56,895 nt of DNA, taken from the NCBI RefSeq assembly GCF_001194135.2, contig NC_068981.1, positions 44,406,478-44,463,372 of the forward strand, in the 5' to 3' direction. The stretch is from Octopus bimaculoides. Taxonomy: Eukaryota. Shown one piece after another: positions 12,521 to 27,062 of this stretch. Within the stretch, counting starts at the first letter, position 1. Every line of letters starts with the position of its first letter. Made by a program: the position numbers and the translations under genes. Below the pieces are notes generated by a model. It was not told the origin of the DNA. It saw only the letters and a list, made by a program, of their open reading frames with translations, and ran no database searches.

Positions 12521-13378
12521 CTAAATGAAATAGTTGTAATCAAGTAGACGAAAATGATTTTTAAAACCTCCCCGCACCAGAAACTTCTGTAGTAACATTC
12601 GAAATCATTCTTAGGATTTCTAACAGATCACACAAATTGTAAACCTCATTTCTGCTTAGTTCATATTAGTTGTAAATGATAAACTTCGAAGCAGGATATA
12701 TATGTGAGGAAAGTTAAGAAAACGTTACATACACGTAATGCAGTTTTATCACTGCAGAGGCATATTTAACTTCTAATGTAATGTCCTCTTTTGTTAGCTC
12801 CTCAAAGAATATGATCATTTGTAGACATTTTCGGTTTCTCACTCTTTTATATGTAAATTTCTTTATTTAAAATATCATTCCTATGGTTACCCGTTCTTTC
12901 TAAATGTGGTATATATCATTCAACATTTTCAAATAACAATCATATTTTCCAATTTCTCTCCAATATCCCCTCTTTGTATTTACAACACTATCTTCAAATA
13001 GTATTAATTTTCATTCTTGAAGCACTTAAGATATAATGTTTTTATTTCCATTTCTCATTCTTTATCTCGCTCACGATTTACATACATATACAATTTACAC
13101 GTATTCATACACAAACACAGACACTCTCTCCCATATATATATATATANNNNNNNNNNNNNNNNNNNNNNNNNNNNNNNNNNNNNNNNNNNNNNNNNNNNN
13201 NNNNNNNNNNNNNNNNNNNNNNNNNNNNNNNNNNNNNNNNNNNNNNNNNNNNNNNNNNNNNNNNNNNNNNNNNNNNNNNNNNNNNNNNNNNNNNNNNNNN
13301 NNNNNNNNNNNNNNNNNNNNNNNNNNNNNNNNNNNNNNNNNNNNNNNNNNNNNNNNNNNNNNNNNNNNNNNNNNNNNN

Positions 13379-13420
<42 letters not shown>

Positions 13421-14373
13421 GCAGAGAAACTCTCACACACGCATACACAATGCATGCATATACGAATGTACATTTATCTTCCTTATATCCACTTATTAAA
13501 TTTTGTAATTGGGGACAGTTTCACGATTTTAAAATTTAGTTAGCCATGCAATCAAAATGAGTGCAACGAATGGAATGAAGTACCATTTATGAAGAATCTT
13601 TACAATTATGGAAAATTTAGAGTTGTATTATTTCATTTTCACTCAAGCTAGTCAGGCAGAAACAAATTTCCTATATATAGAAAGATAGGCTGCGTAGATA
13701 GATGGATGAAAGAAAATTCAGAGACATAGACAATAGTTTGATACAGGTATAAATAGTCTTGCGTTTCCGTACTTAGACGGCAATTCCGATTGTAGACAAA
13801 AATTCCATCACACGCACTTAAATAGAATCACATACATATACACTTACATATATATTAATATATGTGTTACTGCTTTTAGCCACTGTTTTGTGGACATACT
13901 GATTATCGATAGTTTATCTCTCTCTCAATCTCCCTATCTTAATATCTAACAATCTCTCTCTCTCTCTCTTTCTGTATATACACACACGCATATGTACATA
14001 TACAATGCTGTAACTGTCACTGGCAAGCGAGTATGTCCTTGGTTCATGTTCCATGTTTGCTTTAAATTTTTAAGTTCCTAAAGTGTTTGTAGGAGACATA
14101 AACACACTTTCGATAGACTGGCGCCTAATTCAACGGAACAAGTTTGTGGTACCCAGAGCGATGTAGAACAGAATCTACTCTTGATCGCTAGTAATTTCCA
14201 AATGAGTATAGTTTAGCAACATGAAATGAATTGTTTTAATAAAGAACAGTATATCTCAGGTTCTCGTTATTGAATCAACGCCCTAATGATCGCTTGTTGA
14301 CCATCATAACAACTACTCCATAGAACTGCCGTAAAGTTTCTACACACACACCTATATACATACATAGTGAATA

Positions 14374-14612
14374 TGTGTGGTTTAGTGGTTAGGGCATTCG
14401 ACTCACTATCGTGACGTCTTGAGATTGTTTCCCGCGGGTGCGTTATCTCCTTCAGCAAGACACTTTATATCTCCTTGCTCCAGTGCACTCGGCCGGCAAA
14501 AAATAGGTAGTAACTGTAGTCCAACGTGTCAGCCTTGTCACGTAGTACGTCAGGCTGAATCTTTCTGAAAATTACATTCAGACTACGCGTGTCTGTGGAG
14601 TCCTCGGCCACA
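14374..14612 (+). mobile_element. tRNA-headed SINE (degenerate)
   Basis: A-box-like tggtttagtggttagg. The body shares gtcagccttgtcac...ctgaat with the SINE at 19937-20186. Confidence 0.75.
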
Positions 14613-15167
14613 ACACACACACACACTCGCGCACACACTCATGCACACATACATTTTTTTGTGAGAGTGGGGTGTAAATACGTAGAATGCCAACGTTGTT
14701 AAAATTCCACTTCATATATTCGAAAGTGAGTACGCTGTTTCAAATCACATAACTTATTGGAAATGTTGTTTCTTCCACCACTGTTTTTATTTATATACTT
14801 TATATTTCTAAAGAGTTTTGATGTTTTACACAGTTTAAATGGATTTGTAACTTTTATGATGTTCTACTATATCTTGAATCTTATATCATTTGCGAATGTC
14901 ATTTGTTGGCCCTAATACAGGTATACATTAAGAATAGAAACAGATGTCAACACAGGCAAATGAATAACCATTTTCTATCTTGCACGGTATTTGAAAATGC
15001 GTAGTAAGTTTTGGCAGAGATGATTCCTTTTCTTTGGTAATGATGAATGTAAATAACGTTCATGTTACAATATATATACTATATAGTTTTACTGATTCAT
15101 AATTTTCTGTCTGATGGAAATCGATAGCTCTAAGTATATATTACTTGATATCAATAAATAAATAATG

Positions 15168-15380
15168 AAGACGCTGAGGTGGCTGAATCATAAGTACTCC
15201 GGGAAAATGCTTAGTGGCATTTCGCCCATCTTTAGGCTCTGGGTTCAAATTCCACCTAGGGTGATATTGCCTTTCATCGTCCCGGGAACGATTAAATAAG
15301 TACCATTTGAGAACTGGTGTAATCGACTTAGCCGCCACCAACCCAAACTTGATGTCCTTGTGCCAAAATTTCAAACCAAT
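15168..15380 (+). mobile_element. SINE
   Basis: B-box-like gggttcaaattcc, then ttgcctttcatc...taagtacc...taatcgact. Homologous to the minus-strand copy at 38946-39151. Confidence 0.75.
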
Positions 15381-15929
15381 ATATAAACAGTAAAGTATGT
15401 TCTTTGAAATTACCAACTAATGTACTGAAGGTAAGACATTTAAAAAGGCAAAAGTAGTGTAACAATTTATTTGAATGCCAGGTAGCTTCTTTATAACATT
15501 AATGATTCCATCTCAATTCAGGATCTCGCAGCCGTTGATTTATATATGTGCAACATATCGTAAAACTTTCCAGAAAAGACGTTTTGTGGGAGATTAAGTT
15601 GGGAAAAGCAACAAATTTTGATTTCGAATGCATAATTGAATTAGATAGTACCACCAATGAATGCATGGGTACATAAACAAAAGCATTGCATATATTCATT
15701 TACACATCAGTTGAAACTAACCATCAAATACTCATTCTCTTAAGAGAATGACAAATAATGATAATTGTTTTAAAGTATACTTTGAGTTTATACAGACCCA
15801 CGTCATACATTATAACTAGTATGCCGATTTACAGACTATTTTAGGCTGAAAGCACAAAATTACCATTAAACAAAAAGACAATGTTAAATGCTGAGTTCCA
15901 TTGGTTTTTCATTTTTAGCTGTCTCTAGG

Positions 15930-16020
15930 GACCGACGGGAAATGAAAGGTACAATAGACCATTTGCTCGAGATTAGAAACCGCGACCTTACGATCGCGAG
16001 TCCATCTAACTAATGACTAG
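15930..16020 (-). mobile_element. SINE 5' head fragment
   Basis: Reverse complement gactcgcgatcgtaaggtcgcggtttctaatctcg resembles the head of the SINE at 19937. Confidence 0.55.
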
Positions 16021-19000
16021 GTTTTACTCCTTTGCTAATACAATGAAGGCTAAACATACATCAATTTTACCCGACCAAATTTTGTTTGATTCTCATGTAA
16101 AGAACCTCATTGCCAAAACTCATATAAGACATCAGCAATCGTTTAATGACGGCATCTAATTTTGCTCCAATATACACTACAGTAATAGAAGAATAATAGA
16201 ACATAAATATGTCTAGTTTATCCCCGTACATATGAAATAATTATCTCGGAGTACACTTAATGTCCCGCTTAAAATGTTGAACACGTTGAAAATCAGAGTT
16301 GATGTTCTCGTATTTGTCAACAATTATCGTTAATGCTCAGTATTTTGTGCTAATTATGAGAGTTCCTTCCTTCATCGAATACTTATGTGGAGTACGTTAG
16401 CCCTCAAGTATCTATATGAAGTAACATATGTTCGGTTTAAAAGCCTGTCTGGAAAGAGAGTGAATTACTGTAACTTCTGGCAGTAAAACAGATGTTTTCT
16501 GCTAACTCCTATTAATTTCCTGTCAAAATATAAAATAAAACATATAAATATAGACACTGAAATATCAACCCAGAAGGCAAACCATTTCTATTCAAGATCC
16601 TATTATTTAAATTAAGCTCATATCTAAATAGATGCGATAAAAATAGAAGCTCTGTAATGATTTGATCAGTAATAACTTGCTCTATCAAATCTGAATGTCA
16701 ATATATTTTATTGCTATCCAATTTATTTTCAAAAGAATATATCGCTAGTATCTGAAAGATTTAAATTGTAAAATAATTCATAAGTGGAACACACACATGC
16801 ACACAAACACTCACACACACACGTTAATACTTACATATTCATAGATTTATCCTGTATACGCAAATACGCATGTAAATATATGCATGGGTATGTATTCAAT
16901 GAAATAAGGCTAAGTTCGTACATGCATATAAAATGATATAAATATGTTCACATTCCCAATTTCCTGTACTCACATACACACAATTACGGATTCATAAGTA
17001 CAAATACGTGTGCTCATACACGCCTTCACAAATGCGCATACATCATATACATAAACATTGAAAGTGCATATGTGAGGTTAGGTTACATGTGTGCTTATTC
17101 CTTGACAATTTTCTATAAACTAATAGCATTAATTCACGGGAAACTATGTTGAATATGAATGCATATTCGTTTTCAGCTATATTAGATATATCAGCTGAGA
17201 TTTGATCTTTAAATACATTTTATTCCTCATTAAATCTAAACTTTTGAATGCACAAGTGTTTGCTACTTCAATATTTGATTTGCTAATCTATTTGAAGATT
17301 ATTTGTGGCAATTATCATCACACCATTTTCTGAAGAGGTAAAATATTTCAAGAATTTCACTTTGCATATTAGTGTATAGGAGCGTACATTAATTATACAA
17401 TTCAGGATCTGTATCAATGTGTTATATAATTTGTCTGTATATATGCTGGAATATAAGCACACCTTTATGGGTGACTATGGATGCTTAAGTTACTTTATAT
17501 TCATAAATTTCGTAATTTTTGCGGAGAATTCTTTCATAGTACATCCTGGTTGATAAGCTGGATCATATATTTATATTTTGAAGTCTTCTCCTACTTATGG
17601 AATATGTTTGCAATCAACGAAACATAATCTTACGTTCAGGATTAATGTAATGTTTCTCTCGATCCATTCGATTTTCTTCACATAGACGTTGTGGAAATGG
17701 CTATAATAAACATTAACATTTTTTTCGAGTAATCACCAGGTTTTTTTTTAGATACGTTGAGCGTGTACTGCCATGCACACATATCGTTATTTTGTACTTA
17801 CACCCCCACACATAAACACAGATCCACACGCGTTCTGACTCAAACGCACACACACACATACATACACACACAGACACACCACAAGCACTAACACTTACAC
17901 TGCCTCACACTCACCAACACACATATATGCGCTGTTTCAATCATTATGCTTATAATGTGAGTTTTGCGTTGTCACACTTAAAAATGACACATCAGTGTTA
18001 AAAGAGATAAAACAAAATATAGGCAAGAATATGAGAGAATTAAAAAGAAATAAAGGCAAAAAGGGTGTTTTGTTACAGATTTCGATTTTCATAGTTAAGC
18101 GCATTATATACCGTTGTGAGAGATAGAGGCGGGTGGAGAGAAAAAGGTAGAGAAGTCACGTTATTACTCTGATGGACAGAGATGGGGAAAATTGCTTTTC
18201 ACCTCTGTCTATTGGTCTTTTCTTATTTTTGTCTTGACACTGCTGTCTACTTGATTCACAGCCCGCTGTCTCCTGAACATGGAAGACAGAGTTCTGCTGT
18301 GAATCTACATCATCGTTTTCTTTTGAAACTATTTCTGAGACAGATCTTACCTCCTAGATCTCTGAGCTTCCTAATTAAATCTTCTAGCCGAAATTTTGTT
18401 TTTGACAGTAGAGCGATATAATCGATACAATCCAGCACACAAGATCCCTCCAACTTTGTTTTGTAGTGCTCCCTTTGATTGGTATCTTAATAATATCAGC
18501 TGTTAAGCGAAACAAGATATCTCAGCTAGAAAAGAGTCTCATGACATATAAAAGTAATGATAAATAAGTTGCCATCATATGCGTACTGTCCCTGTCACGC
18601 TATGTATATTTTTTAAAAATAGTTTCTTGTCGATTATGAAATATTGTTAGCGTAATTAGCATATTCCATTGAGAATTCTAATGTGGTTGTCAGTGTATTC
18701 TAGCGGCACAGGCTCGAAAGACATTCCATTCGAAACAAATACAAGAAAAGTGCATTCTCAACCGTGTTCAGTGTACCACCAACATTGAGTCATATTTAGC
18801 TGTCTGAAGGAGGACATGTGGGGCTGTATAGAGCTGTTACTAATAAATATCGAAAAATCTTAGAGTAGGGCACTACAAAACTTTGACTTAATTTTAATTA
18901 GCATATGTGGAAATATTCTATACTATACCCATTTTAGTAGATTGTCAAAACGTTACAATTAGCGAAGCTCGTGCAACAACTAAAACCTTCTATTCAACAA

Positions 19001-19021
19001 TTAACGAAGACTTGGCACATC

Positions 19022-19069
19022 AGATTACTCCTCGGAGGAAATAAGATTACTCCTCAGAGGAAATAAGAT
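19022..19069. repeat. 22-bp tandem duplication with internal palindrome
   Basis: AGATTACTCCTCGGAGGAAATA / AGATTACTCCTCAGAGGAAATA / AGAT. Confidence 0.9.
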
Positions 19070-19299
19070 GTATATCACATCTGATAATCGTATTACCAAA
19101 TATGTTAGTACACTTTTGTCGTATTGTTAAGTGTGTGATCAGCCCGGCTAATAAACTTTGCTACTATAAATGAATTCATAGACATCTCGTATATTTCCTT
19201 TGAAAAATACCTGAATCTGAGTCGTAAAAATATCCACTACAAACTTTGTTGCATCCAATTGTCTTAAATTATTCTCCGCATCAAAAGCCGATTGGATGT

Positions 19300-19590
19300 C
19301 ATTGCCTTTCACTCTTTTACTATTCAATGACGAGCAAACAACAACTCAGTGATTAAACTGGAAAGCGGCCTCATGACATCAATGGACCAACCGACAAAAT
19401 TTAGATACTTCTCCTAGCACATGAAGTTGTTTTGTAACCGAAGTCTTAGGTAAATTGAAATGCTTGCTGATTATCGAGTATTTCGATTTGCTATTTCCGC
19501 AGGTACATTCGAAGGATCGCAATACCAACAGCATTTGTTCATACCAATCGATGGGAATTTGATTTACAAACATTTCCCGGGCGCAACAGA
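19300..19590 (-). mobile_element. Probable mariner transposase HTH fragment
   Basis: SIISKHFNLPKTSVTKQLHVLGEVSKF...VVVCSSL resembles the mariner motif ELA..FNV..STV.RHL..LGKVSKLG.WVPH...RV.VCSSLL. Confidence 0.45.
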
Positions 19591-19896
19591 CCCAACATTT
19601 CTGGGGATGTCCAGATAATTAAAGCTTCATTTGCAGAGACCCATAAAGAGAGCAAATATATTTTTCACTCTTATTGCTAAAGAGACACTTTGAATTAATA
19701 CAGCATGAAATGACTAACATGGCTTTAATACTTGCAACATCGTACGAACAATGTCTAATATGACTATTTTAGAACCTTCCTTTCCTGTCTCCTTGAGGTG
19801 GCCACTTAAATTAATATTGACATTTATAATGAAGTCTCTCTAGAGATACACACACAGGATTACATACACACATACGCGCATAATCTAAGTATGGGA

Positions 19897-19929
<33 letters not shown>

Positions 19930-19936
19930 TATATGA

Positions 19937-20186
19937 GGAGGCGCAATGTGCCAGTGGTTAGAGCAGCGAACTCGCGGTCATAGGATCTCGGTTTCGATTC
20001 CCAGACCGAGCGTTGTGTGTGTTTATTGAGCGAAAAACACCTAAATCTCCACGAGGCTCCGGCAGGGGATGGTAGCGAACCCTGGTGTACTCTTTCACCA
20101 CAACTTTCTCCCACTCTTACTTCCTATTTCTGTTGTGCCTGTAATTCAAAGGGTCAGCCTTGTCACACTGTGTCACGCTGAATATC
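19937..20186 (+). mobile_element. tRNA-headed SINE truncated by an assembly gap
   Basis: A-box-like gtgccagtggttaga, B-box-like ggtttcgattccc. The 3' body is shared with 14374-14612. Confidence 0.85.
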
Positions 20187-20455
20187 NNNNNNNNNNNNNN
20201 NNNNNNNNNNNNNNNNNNNNNNNNNNNNNNNNNNNNNNNNNNNNNNNNNNNNNNNNNNNNNNNNNNNNNNNNNNNNNNNNNNNNNNNNNNNNNNNNNNNN
20301 NNNNNNNNNNNNNNNNNNNNNNNNNNNNNNNNNNNNNNNNNNNNNNNNNNNNNNNNNNNNNNNNNNNNNNNNNNNNNNNNNNNNTATATATATATATATA
20401 TATGGATGTACGTATGTATGTATTTATGCATGCATGTGTGTATCTATGTATGTCA

Positions 20456-21165
20456 TTATTTAGTTTTATTTCAAGATGTTGCCAACAGAGAAAGAGCGGG
20501 ATTCTAACCTAGATCCTAGATCCATCATTGAAATTTAAACAAGATCAACAGGGTATTTATATATATATGCATTGTATATGTGCAGATTTGTATGTTTTGC
20601 TTTATATATGTACTATCATTCATATAGTTACATGCCTAGACATACATAAATTATAAAATCCTGGGAAAGTTTACAAATATTTACAGTTCCAGAGATGGTT
20701 TGGACCTGTAGTTTTCGGACCAGCTTCCTCCTTTTTGGTTTTGAGAAGCCTAATTTATCAAGATTGGCATTTAGATCGTCTATTACATTGTAATTACAGG
20801 TGCAACTTCAACTCATAATCTGGATCACGTCGCTGTAGTCTCCTCAATAGTTCAGCGTAGGTATTTCTTTTTCGCAGATCTTTAGCCTCATAATAACATC
20901 CGCTGGGCAACTGTTTTCCACAAGTGCACACAGTTTATGTTCTCTGTCCCAAATTACTACGTCAGGTCTATTATGTTTTCATTTTAGTGAGGTTTTCAAT
21001 GGGACCAGCACAACTTTTCTTATTATGAGTGGCTATTTCTCCTATAATACAGTAGTTGCTTTGGTCTCGGGCTCATCCTTCCGGGGGATCTCATTGAATC
21101 CTTCGATATCCAAGTATGGTTATGAACACAGACACAGACATGTGCATTGGAGTGCCTATAACTAC
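20456..21165 (-). mobile_element. RLE-type (R4/Dong-like) non-LTR retrotransposon, 3' end
   Basis: Minus-strand translation HNRPDVVIWDREHKLCALVENSCPAD...DKLGFSKPKRRKLVRKLQVQTISGTVNICK. This is a PD-(D/E)xK restriction-like endonuclease C-terminus followed by 3' UTR. Confidence 0.85.
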
Positions 21166-21330
21166 TTGTTTGACCTTATATACTGTTTGTAGGCTTTTTA
21201 TGTGCCTTATACTCTTATATTTTCATTTTCATTTATTTATTTTGTTTTTACTGTATTCTTATTTTTATTTCTATTTTACTCTTATTTAATTTTTAAAAAA
21301 TTTTAACTTTACATTTGTGTTGAATATTGT

Positions 21331-21439
21331 AAATCTCTGAAGAGGCCTAGTGAATCATGCATGTACCCCCATTACAGTATTTCATCTGCTAATCACTCCG
21401 GCAGGAGCTATTCGGATAGGCCGAAACAGCTGTAAGTTT
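21331..21439 (+). ncRNA. Type I hammerhead ribozyme with long stem/loop II
   Basis: AAATCT CTGAAGA(21337-43) GGCCTA(21344-49)...TAGGCC(21417-22) GAAA(21423-26) C-AGCT-G TA(21433-34) AGTTT. Intact core with palindromic stem III ACAGCTGT. Stem I is weak (5 bp with one bulge). Confidence 0.75.
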
Positions 21440-21631
21440 CTGTTTATCCTCAAATTCCTTATATACGGTTTATTTGTAACCTCGGTTGTTAATAATAACA
21501 TGGTATGTCATAAGCATTTGTATGTTGTTTTGTCATTTTAGTTACAAAATATGTTAATTAACTCAACGGAATACACTGTCTGCAAGTCGATGGGTGCCAC
21601 ATATTCTCCTCCATTTTCTATTTACTATATA

Positions 21632-21663
<32 letters not shown>

Positions 21664-22001
21664 NNNNNNNNNNNNNNNNNNNNNNNNNNNNNNNNNNNNN
21701 NNNNNNNNNNNNNNNNNNNNNNNNNNNNNNNNNNNNNNNNNNNNNNNNNNNNNNNNNNNNNNNNNNNNNNNNNNNNNNNNNNNNNNNNNNNNNNNNNNNN
21801 NNNNNNNNNNNNNNNNNNNNNNNNNNNNNNNNNNNNNNNNNNNNNNNNNNNNNNNNNNNNNNNNNNNNNNNNNNNNNNNNNNNNAAAACTATATATATTT
21901 TATATATACTTTATCTATAAGGCTCAATTTAATTTTAATTTTTTATAAATTGATTTTAATTGAGTTTTTTACCTGTAATTTTGGATTTTGTCCCTAATAA
22001 T

Positions 22002-22048
<47 letters not shown>

Positions 22049-25000
22049 TGGCTGAAGGAAGAAAATATACCAATTAAATCTGAATGATACGATAGAAAAT
22101 GTCGAATATGGTAGAAACTTCAAGAAGATACTGAAATTAGTGTCAGGACTGACTGAAAATTATATTAGGATTCTAACTTCTAATGAAACATTTTGTAATA
22201 CATAAAATTATATACAGTGTCATTGTATATATTTGTTGCAGAAAGTATTTCTGATATTAATACGTTCTTACATTTCATTTTAAGCTGCACCAGTAGAAAT
22301 TTCGCAACAAATCTTCCATCAAATACAAGTTTAACGGGCGTGATGCATTTCTTGCGTTGGAAAAACAAAAATACTGCCATGTTATGCAGGTTAGCTGAGC
22401 TCCGGAGGATATGTTATTTAAAATTAATGTGAAAGAGAATGTCTATAGAGAATGGCTTCAAAGCTTACAGCTTCAAACCAGATTATGAATTTAAATGTTT
22501 CCACCTAATCATTGGTACATTTGTTTATATTTTCATGCTACGAAAATCCATTATGCAAATCGAGTACGTAAGCAGAACAGTGAAAAGACAATTTTCGGGA
22601 GGATAAGATGAAAATCTGTTTTTTTGTTTCTTATCTAAATGTCAGTAATGGAGCTTTATTTCTTTTCTTAGACACTAACGCATTCCTTTATCGAAATACC
22701 AGTGCAATAATAAATGCACTTGAATCGCTAACATCATAAGGAACTATAGAATGAAACATTAATCAACTTTACGGATGTTCATAATTGAAAGCACTTATCT
22801 TGATGAAATATTTTATCATTAGCGTAAGGATTAATAACATAAGGTAAAACATTGTTTTAAAATGTGCATATACTTTTTCTGAAGAGCTTTCTCAAGTGGT
22901 GCTTAAGGATTACTTTCATTGGAAGCAGGAAACAATGTACAACCTATTTCTTGGTCAATTGTTCTGTGACAGAATATCTCTAGTACTTTAGGACACTGAT
23001 AGGGAAAAAAGTGCTGCACAAAGGCTGAATGGATTCAGCACAAATTTAGAGCTATCCAACATCAGTGCTGTTTAGTGGAAGTGATGGATTACTAGCTCTA
23101 GTCCAAACGTCCGTCGTTCAAGTGATGAAAATTCCAGAAAAAAACTATCAGTGTATTTTGAATAAGAATTTTGCGCAAAATTGCAGTTGACTGACTTCGA
23201 AATAAAGCTGAAATAGTCTCGCTTCCTTATATATGCTCGAGTTATCAGAATTATCATGGCTAAATCTCAAAGAAACGAGTATTGCAGTAGACAAAACATA
23301 TTTGCGCTGTGTATAATATACGTGTTTATTAAGAATACAACTGAAACAAACTACCTCAATGATGTATTCTGCTAAGGAAATTGAGATACAGTAAGCTGTA
23401 ATGTATACAATAGAGCAATTGAGATTGTACGTTGTATTAGTAGACAAAGGCTTCCTGGAGACGCACGTGAAATTACAACAAAAACAAACAATAGACCAGA
23501 GCGATACTGCCAGCAAATCAGCAAAATGAACTACGAAGCAATATAATATATAACCTCAACATATTTTAAATTTGAGGTCATCTTATACTTATGTACGTAT
23601 TATATACCCGTTTAATCGAATGAAACTACTTCTGTTCGATATATGAGAAGATTTTGAGGTAACAAGCTGAAAAGAAAAGTTACATTAAAGGTATGAAGAG
23701 TTGATTTTGTTGTCCCGTTGTTGTTAAAACAAACAATTATCCAAGTTAAAAATTTGCAAAGACATTTAATTTGTGATCCCCACATTTATTAAACTCAATA
23801 TATAAAAAAAATATATTATCCCGTGCGTCCCTCCACATTCGCGAAACATTAGTGTGATTAGGGAATTGTATTGTCTGGTATTTCTAGGAACTCAAAGGAT
23901 GCTTTATGGCTTTCGTCTTTGGCTGTCCATGGTAATTATATACATGCAGAATATGAACCTAAGCGAATCTGGATATGTTATATGTAAGACATGATATATT
24001 CCGGGCAAAAACTTGTTCTGAGTTCATAATGTAATATAAACGAATTTGAGATACATCAAATATATCTTGCAATTAACAGCATATTTTACTTTCAGTCCGA
24101 GAAGGTAGTTTCCCTTGTGCTGCATTTATCGGGTCTTTTAGCATCATACCGATGGCGATGATGGTTCAATCGCTAACAACCTTCCCGTATAACGGGTTTT
24201 AAGAATTACACATAAAAACTGTTTACGTTGGTGACGTAATATCACAATTTACAACATTGATTATATGCATAACATTTTCTATAAATACTGAAGAAACAAC
24301 CAAACGCATCTTTACAACATAAACAATGTCTGCAAGACAAACAAGGAATGTAAATTCGTTTTAGTGGAAGACCATTGTATTTTCCATGCAATCTTGTTAC
24401 CAGATTTGCTATTGATTTTGTTTTGCTCACGTAATGCCTTATACACTGAAATTAAATTGGAAAAGATTTATGCAAATCAGATATTTTTTCACAGAGATAA
24501 TTCTAAAATATGATAGAAATTAATTCTTCAGAAAATTTCTACCAAATTTGTTGAGTTGGAATGTATTTAAGTGCTTGATAAATAAGTTTCTGAGACAAAG
24601 TATACAGAATGATTCTATTTATTTCCTTTCTTATCGTTTTGTTTTTAGAATTATTTGCAAATTATCGATAGAAAAGATTAGTAAGATGACATATTAACTT
24701 CAGAAAAAAAATTCCAAAGCAAGAAAAAAAGGTACAAATAATGTTGTAAAGACAGTGAAGTAAAGTAGAATGCTTTATGAGGATTTAATTATATTTTCCC
24801 TATAGTTATTTTGATAATACTTACATTAAAGTTTTTGTCTTAGAAATAACATTATAGAAGAAAAAAATATTATTTTGAAGTATTTCTAGATATAAATATG
24901 ATTTATGAATAATAAATATCCGCCGAAAATATTTTTTAGACATGTTAGCGTTTGGAAGTGTTTTCAAATCATATTTTCTGTCTTTGTTTGATTTATTTCC

Positions 25001-25439
25001 AACAAAATGCAGGATATTATCACAAAGTGTTAACGTATGAGAAGTTTTTAGATAATTTAAACATTTTGCACATAATATATAAATGAAGGGGTTGATTTGA
25101 ATATTTGCTAATGATAAGAAACGAAAAATACAGAGAAATAAATAAATAAAAAAATGTAGCATATGCCTAAATGTGTAACACGAATAACATTAGGTTTGAG
25201 CTCAACAATTGTGGAAACTAAATGATTAATATCTCGGTGAACTCAGAATTAAACGCTAAAAGTTTTATACTAAATCTTAAACTTTCTTTATTACTATTTT
25301 TTGTATACCTTTTTGTCGTCACACCTGTATATTTTTCTCTTCGGTACCTTTGCACTACTACTCTCTGTTCTCTATTTTTATAATTATTAGCATAGCTAGA
25401 GCAGTGATTAGACTGAATTGTTTCTGCGCCCGAAGAAAT

Positions 25440-25745
25440 GATTTGACATAAGTCTTTCGACTCGTTATATCCTAAGTTCAAATCCCGCCGAGGTCAACTT
25501 TGCATTTGATAATTCTGTCTTGATAAAATAATTTATTGGCCATGTACTAGACACAATAGTATTGATAGTCGCTGTATCAGCCTTTGCGTTTCCCTTGGAT
25601 AACATCGGGAGCGTGGAGAGGGTCGACTGGTATACATCGACGGTTGCTGGTCTCCTACAAGCGACGTTACCAAGGCTTGTGCTTTGTGGAAAGACTTCAC
25701 AGATGCAGTCTTTCTGTTGTTTTGAAGACACCCACTCGGCTATCA
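25440..25745 (+). mobile_element. SINE (degenerate)
   Basis: aagttcaaatcccgccgaggtcaactttgc matches the head region of the SINEs at 15168 and 38946. It is followed by a GC-richer central domain. Confidence 0.65.
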
Positions 25746-27005
25746 TCCCAAATCACTACTTTACCTACACAATTATGCCTGCTCTTAAACAGCTTTTGTG
25801 GCAGTATACTGCATATACGCAAAATCTGTAATTTTAAATTATACATAAACCCAGTATTAGAGCATCATTGTCTACCCACCTTCTATTAGCGTGAATGCAC
25901 ATACACTGGAGCGAAACATTAATTGTATATAGATGGAATATCTATTAAAGAGTCTTCATATAATAATGGAATTTCATTTCCAGTGATGTAGTATATAATA
26001 TGTAGGTGTCGCCTTACATTTATATCAGTTAATCCGGGCAAGATTCCCTTCCTATATTGGTCACTGTATATGGTTCGATTAATGTATATTTAGTATTTCC
26101 ATCGCTTCGCTTTCATTACATGTATAGTTCTTTTCACGATCGCTGTGTAATTTGAAACAGCTGCTTTTGCTACATTGTAATGTTTGGAGATATATAGCCT
26201 AAGCAAAGTAGTAATCAACGTGACACAGCCTTCATCGGTTCCCCTATGACATAAAGTTTTATGGGTATCAGTATGGGTATAGCTGAATTTAATAAGAAAG
26301 TTTACAAATTACAGTAATGTTCTTATTTTTATATTTTTGTTAACATGGATATAATTTTCATTCAATCGTTTATAACCTATTAAATGCACGATAAAACACC
26401 GACAAGGAATAATAAGTATAAAAGTATAATTCATCTTAACATTCTAAGTGGAGCTATTTCAGTTCAGTATTTCAGCCAACGTACAGCCTGCTGATTTTGT
26501 TGCAATTTCTAATGAAATATTGGTTTTCAGAAAATAAATCTTGGTTGCTTTGTTGTGCAGATGGCTTTAAACATTGTAATAACTGTAGGCTAGATTTGAA
26601 CAAAATGTGATTTACATTAGATTTAGCTTCGTTGACATATTCTAAGTTTCAATTTTATTTTACTTTTTAAACTAAAAACAGTATCCATGTAGACAGTAGT
26701 TTATCTCACAACACTATATATTTTAGATTGATATACCAAGATTTTAGTTAAAATGCAAAATTCACTTTATTCTGTTTGGATGTTTTATACAACAACGCAC
26801 TGGATTTAAATAATTTATTTCCAAACAGGTGGGTTCATTCATATTCATTTCTAGAGACTCTTATTACCGCTATTTGACATGTAGTTTACCAATTTTTAAA
26901 ATTTTATTCATTCTGGTGGTCTTTACTTAGAGCCGCACTAATATAGATATATTGCATACTTTTCTAAACACGTATATATGTGTAATTTTGTGTGTTGTGT
27001 GTGTA

Positions 27006-27015
27006 TATCTATCTT

Positions 27016-27055
<40 letters not shown>

Positions 27056-27062
27056 CCTATAT
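27006..27062. repeat. (TCTA)n microsatellite
   Basis: Direct read. Confidence 0.95.

Noticed and set aside
18182-18421. 79-aa ORF with a signal-peptide-like N-terminus
   Set aside because: No recognisable domain; other frames on both strands are similarly open, so it is not distinguishable from chance.
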